64,000 bases of DNA, from NCBI RefSeq assembly GCF_964204645.1, contig NC_134026.1:15162150-15226149 (forward strand). The letters run 5' to 3'. This DNA comes from Tubulanus polymorphus. Taxonomy: Eukaryota > Animalia > Nemertea. Numbering within the stretch: the first letter of the stretch is position 1; each line of letters begins with the position of its first letter. Below are positions 58,787 through 64,000 of the stretch, one piece after another. The notes under the pieces were generated by a model. That model saw only the letters and a program-made list of their open reading frames with translations. It made no database searches and was not told the DNA's origin. The position numbers were made by a program, and so were the translations under genes.

Positions 58787-61700
58787 AAATGGATTTATTT
58801 ACTGCCACTGAAACAAGATCTTAAGTCGAAGACGAAGAACCTTTTCCCTCCGATGTTGGTGATGACACCGATGACGATCGTGAGCCTCCTCAAAAAATAA
58901 ACCAAAGAAAATGAATCTAGTAAAACAAAGCAGAGGTTTAAGAACGAATATTCTCAGAAATATTCTTTTATTAAACCTAGTTCGCTAGGCCGTTATTACG
59001 CATACTGTGATAGATGTGGTTCGCATATCAGCATATCGCATGGTGGCCTTAATGATATTGAAAAAAAACATTTTTCCACAACTAAACACAAGTCAGCAGC
59101 TAATGTGGAAAAAATCACAAAGTTTTTTAGTACTTCCCAGGAGAAAGAAAGTTTGATCAAGGCCGAGACATTATTCACAGTCTTTGTGGTTATGAACAGT
59201 TTACCTCTCGCAGTTTCCGATAAGGCTGGGCAGCTATTCAGAGATATGTTCCCTGGCCATCCGAATGCTACGAATTATAAATGCGGTCGCACCAAAACAA
59301 CTCATATTGTGAATGTGGTTGCAACTGATATCGTGTCATCTACTGTATCGAGATTGAAATCATCTCCCTTTGTTCTTGGTGTAGATGGTTCTACGTACAA
59401 ACAAGAGACATATTATCCAATCGTTGTGAGATTTGTGGATGAACAGTTAGAAACAAAAGTGGACCTGTTAGCTAACCCAATATGGAATCAGTCGCACACA
59501 GGAGAGGCAATATTTAATATAATCAAAGCAGAATTAGAAGTGAACGCTATACCATGGGAGAATCTACTTTCGCTTGTGTGTGATAACACAAATAGCAATG
59601 TTGGAAGACACAAGGGTGTAATAAAATATGTTAGAGATCACCAAAAAGAGGTACACCTCGCAGGATGCATTAATCATTTGCTCCATTTAGCATTGAAGAA
59701 AGGCCTGAATACAGCCATTAAGGTAACTAAGATTTTACTTTTGATTTCATTTACAATATGTAGTAATTTCACCATTTTCTTATTTTCATCAACTCAGATA
59801 GGATAGCCTTATTCGTTCAGCTTACACGTGCTGCTTTATGGTTTACACATAATCAAATGACATAAACTCAATAAAGTTAAAGTTCTAGAAACTTGTAGTT
59901 GCTATTCTGCTGTACCATTGTTATACTTTCAACGTTTGAAATCGGTGCGCATATCTTTTGTTTACAGCCTTTATTTGACTTCGATGCCCTATTACGCCAG
60001 CTGCATTGGTATGTAACCAAAACGAGTAAAAGATCTGCAAGTTTTCAAGCCATCCAGAAGGAATGCAGCCTGCCAGATCATACGATACTGAAGCATGTGG
60101 CTACAGGCTGGCTGATTATGGGCCCAGCCCTTAGCAGGATGCTGGAACAATGGGAAGCGCTGAGGAGATATTTTGCGAAAGAGATAGGCCATGATACTGA
60201 TGGAGATGATGATCAAGAGTTCCTCGACGATTTTGATTATGGCCCTGTCACCGCAGGGGCGATAAAAACTAAATTACACAAGTTTTTCCAGAGACACACA
60301 TCAAAACTATACACTGCATTTCTGATTAAAGCAATCTCGGTAAGCATTATATCACCAAGTCATAACCCTAAATAATAAGGATTATAAACTTTTTTGTGTT
60401 TTATAAGATTTTATTTCATAAGCTCTTATGATTTCTTTTTTAGCCCACTTAGGACTTTAGTCCCAGCGGGCTATTGCGTTCACTTTTCGTCCGTCCGTTC
60501 GTCTGTCCGTAGACGGAATCCAGTTATTTTGGGAAGTTTTGAAGACGCTTCAAGGTAATGTCTTGATATTTGGGTTACACATGTATCTACCCTAGACACA
60601 TCTTCAGCCCAAAAACTGGCCCTGTCAGAATCAAGATGGCAGACTGGCAGCCATTGTTGTTCACCAAAATCAGCACTTTTTACACATTTTTGAACTTTTT
60701 GAGGGAAATTTTGAAGACGCTTCGATCAATTACCTTGATCTTTCGGATATACGTGAATCCCCCCTCCCCCCAGGGCCCATCAACATAACAAAAATTGGGT
60801 CGGTCGGACTCAAGATGGCCGTCCTATGACCTTTTTAGTGCCCAAAAATGTTAATTTTGACCCAAATTCTGAGTCCTGTAGCTTCCTACTGGTTTGCCAT
60901 TTCTCATTACAATTTGTGATGGGTATTCTTTGGAAAGGGATGTTTTATACCTGAGAAAGGTATTTTTCATCAGCCAATTATGACGCAATTGGCGGCCATC
61001 TTGGTGTCACCAGTACTCATTCGTAAGTTGGAAAAAGTTTTTCCACATTATATTGATACCTAAGCGTATTTTGCTACCACAATCAATTAGAAAGTTGTAG
61101 CTCATAACGTGGTCTATGATTGTGGTGAGTTTCAAGGTAATTGGATTTCGTATATGGCCACCAGGGGGCGTTAAATAATACAATATCTTAGCATTTCTTT
61201 ATTATATTCGTATCAATGCATATTTTGTAACCACAATCAATTGGAAAGTTGTAGCTCATGACATCATCTATGATTGTTGCGAGTTTTAAGGACATAAGTT
61301 TTTCTATATGGTCACCAGGGGGCGTTGAATAATAGAATAACTTAGTATTTCCTTATTATATTGGTACCTAGGCATATTTTGTTACCATGATCAATTGCAA
61401 AGTTGTAGTTCGTGACATATTCTATGATTGTGGTGAGTTTCGAGGTCATTGGGTTTTGAATATGGTCACCAGGGGGCGTTGAATAGTAGAACGACTTAGT
61501 ATTTCCATATTAAATTGGTAACAAGGCATATTTTGTCATCACAATCAATTACAAAATCGTAGCTGCTGACATGTTCTATGATTTTGGTGAGTTTCAAGGT
61601 CATTGGATTCTGTATATGGTCACCAGGGGGCGTTGAATATTGAAATTGTTAGATTGTTGAGCAGTTGAAACCACTTCCCAAGTGGGTATGGTGTCCCTGG

Positions 61701-62841
61701 ACCCCTAGTTTACAGATGTTTGAGAGCACAAATGGATACCTTGAAACTGAAAGTGCATTGGTTCACAAAGTGAAACGAATTTTGGAGCGACTTATGTACA
61801 GACTACTTCTCTGTATATGCAAGCCAGCAGCATTTAACCAGGGTTGTACACATTACTCAATCGATTTCACCTCAAGGTGTTTTTCATCCATCCAGTGTCA
61901 TTGTAATTCCTTTGTAAGTGAATAAATTTTTTTCACTGGAGTAGATTCTTTTACATAAAGAAATGTAGTGAGTTTCATTTGCATTACACTACTTCTTCTG
62001 CTGTTAACTATTATTAATGCTGTCTGATGTAACTTTTATTCAGCTCCTTGCATATGTATTTATGATAATTTTCTTTACCCCTAGGTATAATATAAAAGAC
62101 AAAAAAGACCTGTTCATAGGGGATGAGGCTCGGAAATTGGTGGACACAGTCACTGACGAAACCAAGAAGAAATTCTATCAGGATGTTGTGAAGTTTTATT
62201 CAGCTGCCTGCACCTACCTGAAGGAGAAGGTGAATCCAAAAGACCAGCCTCTTTGGAGTCATGCTGAGGTAATATTCATTGAATTTGAGAACTCAAAAGG
62301 GTATTTATTCTTCCGTAATTGTATTGTTTCATAGACTAATCAACTTTTGTGTAACGATTGATAATCAAATTTTTGTAGGTAGCTGATCCACTGATGCGTA
62401 AGGTTAGATCGTTCCAGTCAGTGATATACTTCATGGACAGATTCCCTGTAATTCTCGGAGATAGCATTGATGATTTTCCATCTGGTTTCCATCATCCACC
62501 AGCAAGGGTCGATGAAAAATCAAAAAGTGACTGTTGAAACACAATGGAAAATCATACATAAGATGTTGGATGATGCTGGGTCGATACGTTTCAGACTGCT
62601 GCCAAGGGTGATGTGTCATATATTGCTTGTACCAGTCAGAAATGCTGGCTGCGAAAGAATTTTTAGTTTCGTAAGGAAGAACCATACGGATTCAAGAGCA
62701 GCTTTGGGTCAGAAGACCTTGCAGTCACTGATGGTTATGAAAACATCCACACAATGCAAAGACTTTCGACCATCCTCAGATTTGCTTAAGAAAGTGAAAA
62801 GTGCGACATATAATGCTTCGAATAATATTGATACAAACTAG
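58787..62841 (+). pseudogene. hAT transposase with BED-like finger. Exons ~58787-59722, 59968-60339, 61716-61876, 62085-62268, 62379-62841
   Basis: AYCDRC...HGG..DIEKKH..TTKH, CGRTK, LGVDGST, CDNT, GCINH, TGW (for TRW) and NAGCERIFS. GT-AG junctions are in phase. There is a stop/frameshift near 58822-58900 and a frameshift in the last exon. Confidence 0.9.
60436..61710 (+). mobile_element. Complete family-1 HINE in intron 2 of the hAT transposase
   Basis: ttttttagcccacttaggac...(GTCC)n...four ~154-bp repeats (61156, 61309, 61464, 61618)...ccacttcccaagtggg...ggacccCTAGTT. Confidence 0.85.
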
Positions 62842-64000
62842 ATAATCTGAATGGTGACTCATGTCTATAATGACTGACTCTAGTCTCTGAAAAAAATGTG
62901 AAAATCTCAAATTAGTAGAGTTATCAGTATTCTGGAGTTGAATCTAAATTAGATTTCAATAATAATAGTTGATTTGAATATTTTTTTATTTTAGCAAGAT
63001 GAAAACAGTTAAGAGTTGAAATTTGACCCATGACTGTAGTTGTATTTAAGTTAGGCAATATATGTACAGTATGCCAGGACAGTATTTCCATTTTAAGGGT
63101 TTATATTGCAATCTGTCTCATGACAGCTGTATAGTGTTATGTAATTCGTTTGACAATTTATGCCAGTTTTATGTTCTTATTTTTTAGTCTATTTCAATTT
63201 TTGATAAACACTTGATTTTTATCTTTCATAAAATAATAAAGAAAAAATATATTCTGTAGAATTTGCTGTTTTTTTATTTTGCTAATAGATAATTCCATCT
63301 TTCATAAAATAATAAAGAAAAAATACATTCTGCAGAACTTGCTTATTTTTTATTTTGCTGCTAGATAATTCCATATTTTCATATCCAGCTTTCATATATT
63401 ACACGTGAAGGTATTCCTAAATGAAAGCAAAGTATTCCTACTGGGAAAAGTCACAATTTCTTCGGTTTCGATATATTCCTATTGAAACCTTCAATATTCC
63501 TAATTAATCTGCCATTCATCCCTAAATGGAATTTTGAAAGGTTGGCAGCCCTGCTGGTGAGGATGTAATTATTTCACACATCCGCCATAGGTATTGATTC
63601 ATTTTAATACCCGGTGATTGTTTTGATTGACATTGAAGTGTAAGCGAACATTCACTTACACGAGGCCTCCACCTGTGCGCGCAGAGTGCTACACGACATA
63701 CAAGCTCGTACAGTACACTACTCAAGGTGATGCTGTAACGTGTGTGCGTTTGACATGAAAATAGGCTGAATAATCGTAGCAGAAGATGAGCGCTGTGTTT
63801 TTCTGTTTGATAGAATTTGTAATAAATTGTAATTTCGTGTGAGCTGAAAATATTAAGCAGCAAACTAAAAGTATAGGTTGAGGTCTGAATATTGTAGTCG
63901 TAAATTCCAGGTTTTAAAACGATCTAATAACCGATTTCTTCTGTACCGGTATTTTAACTGCCGCGGCCAACATTGGAAGAGGTTTCCATGACCCAATATT

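Larger units (their letters stand above)
57883..63553 (+). mobile_element. hAT DNA transposon with damaged left TIR
   Basis: Right TIR GGTTGGCAGCCCTG ends at 63553 and is followed by ctggtgag. Left ggctgccaacc lies at 57903, with ctggcgag (7/8 TSD match) at 57875-57882. Confidence 0.8.

Overview
This is eukaryotic DNA, most likely from an invertebrate animal. It is AT-rich, has spliceosomal introns and is dominated by transposons; the species cannot be determined from the sequence. From left to right it contains: (1) the 3' half of an errantivirus-like Gypsy element on the minus strand, with a chromodomain integrase and an intact 873-aa F-type Env that carries an unusual second membrane module ending in LYPDL; (2) an adjoining fragment of giant-virus-like DNA (HNH endonuclease pseudogene plus a hexamer microsatellite); (3) a young, full-length 10.4-kb Gypsy LTR retrotransposon with 2-kb LTRs, a 4-bp TSD, a tRNA-Leu PBS, a UUUAAAC-plus-pseudoknot gag/pol frameshift, one nonsense codon in pol, and an extra post-pol zinc-finger/proline-rich ORF behind a splice acceptor; (4) a divergent multi-exon Suv4-20 (KMT5B/C)-like SET gene whose downstream exons (acidic repeat, CxxC...RH fingers) are decayed and broken by nested Helentron-type (HINE) elements; (5) two HINE families with internal satellites, several MITEs, an EnSpm-like element and a ~4-kb direct duplication; (6) a 5.7-kb hAT transposon with an intron-containing transposase pseudogene. 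No rRNA, tRNA or CRISPR features were found. All alignments, counts and family assignments were made by eye, without database searches.
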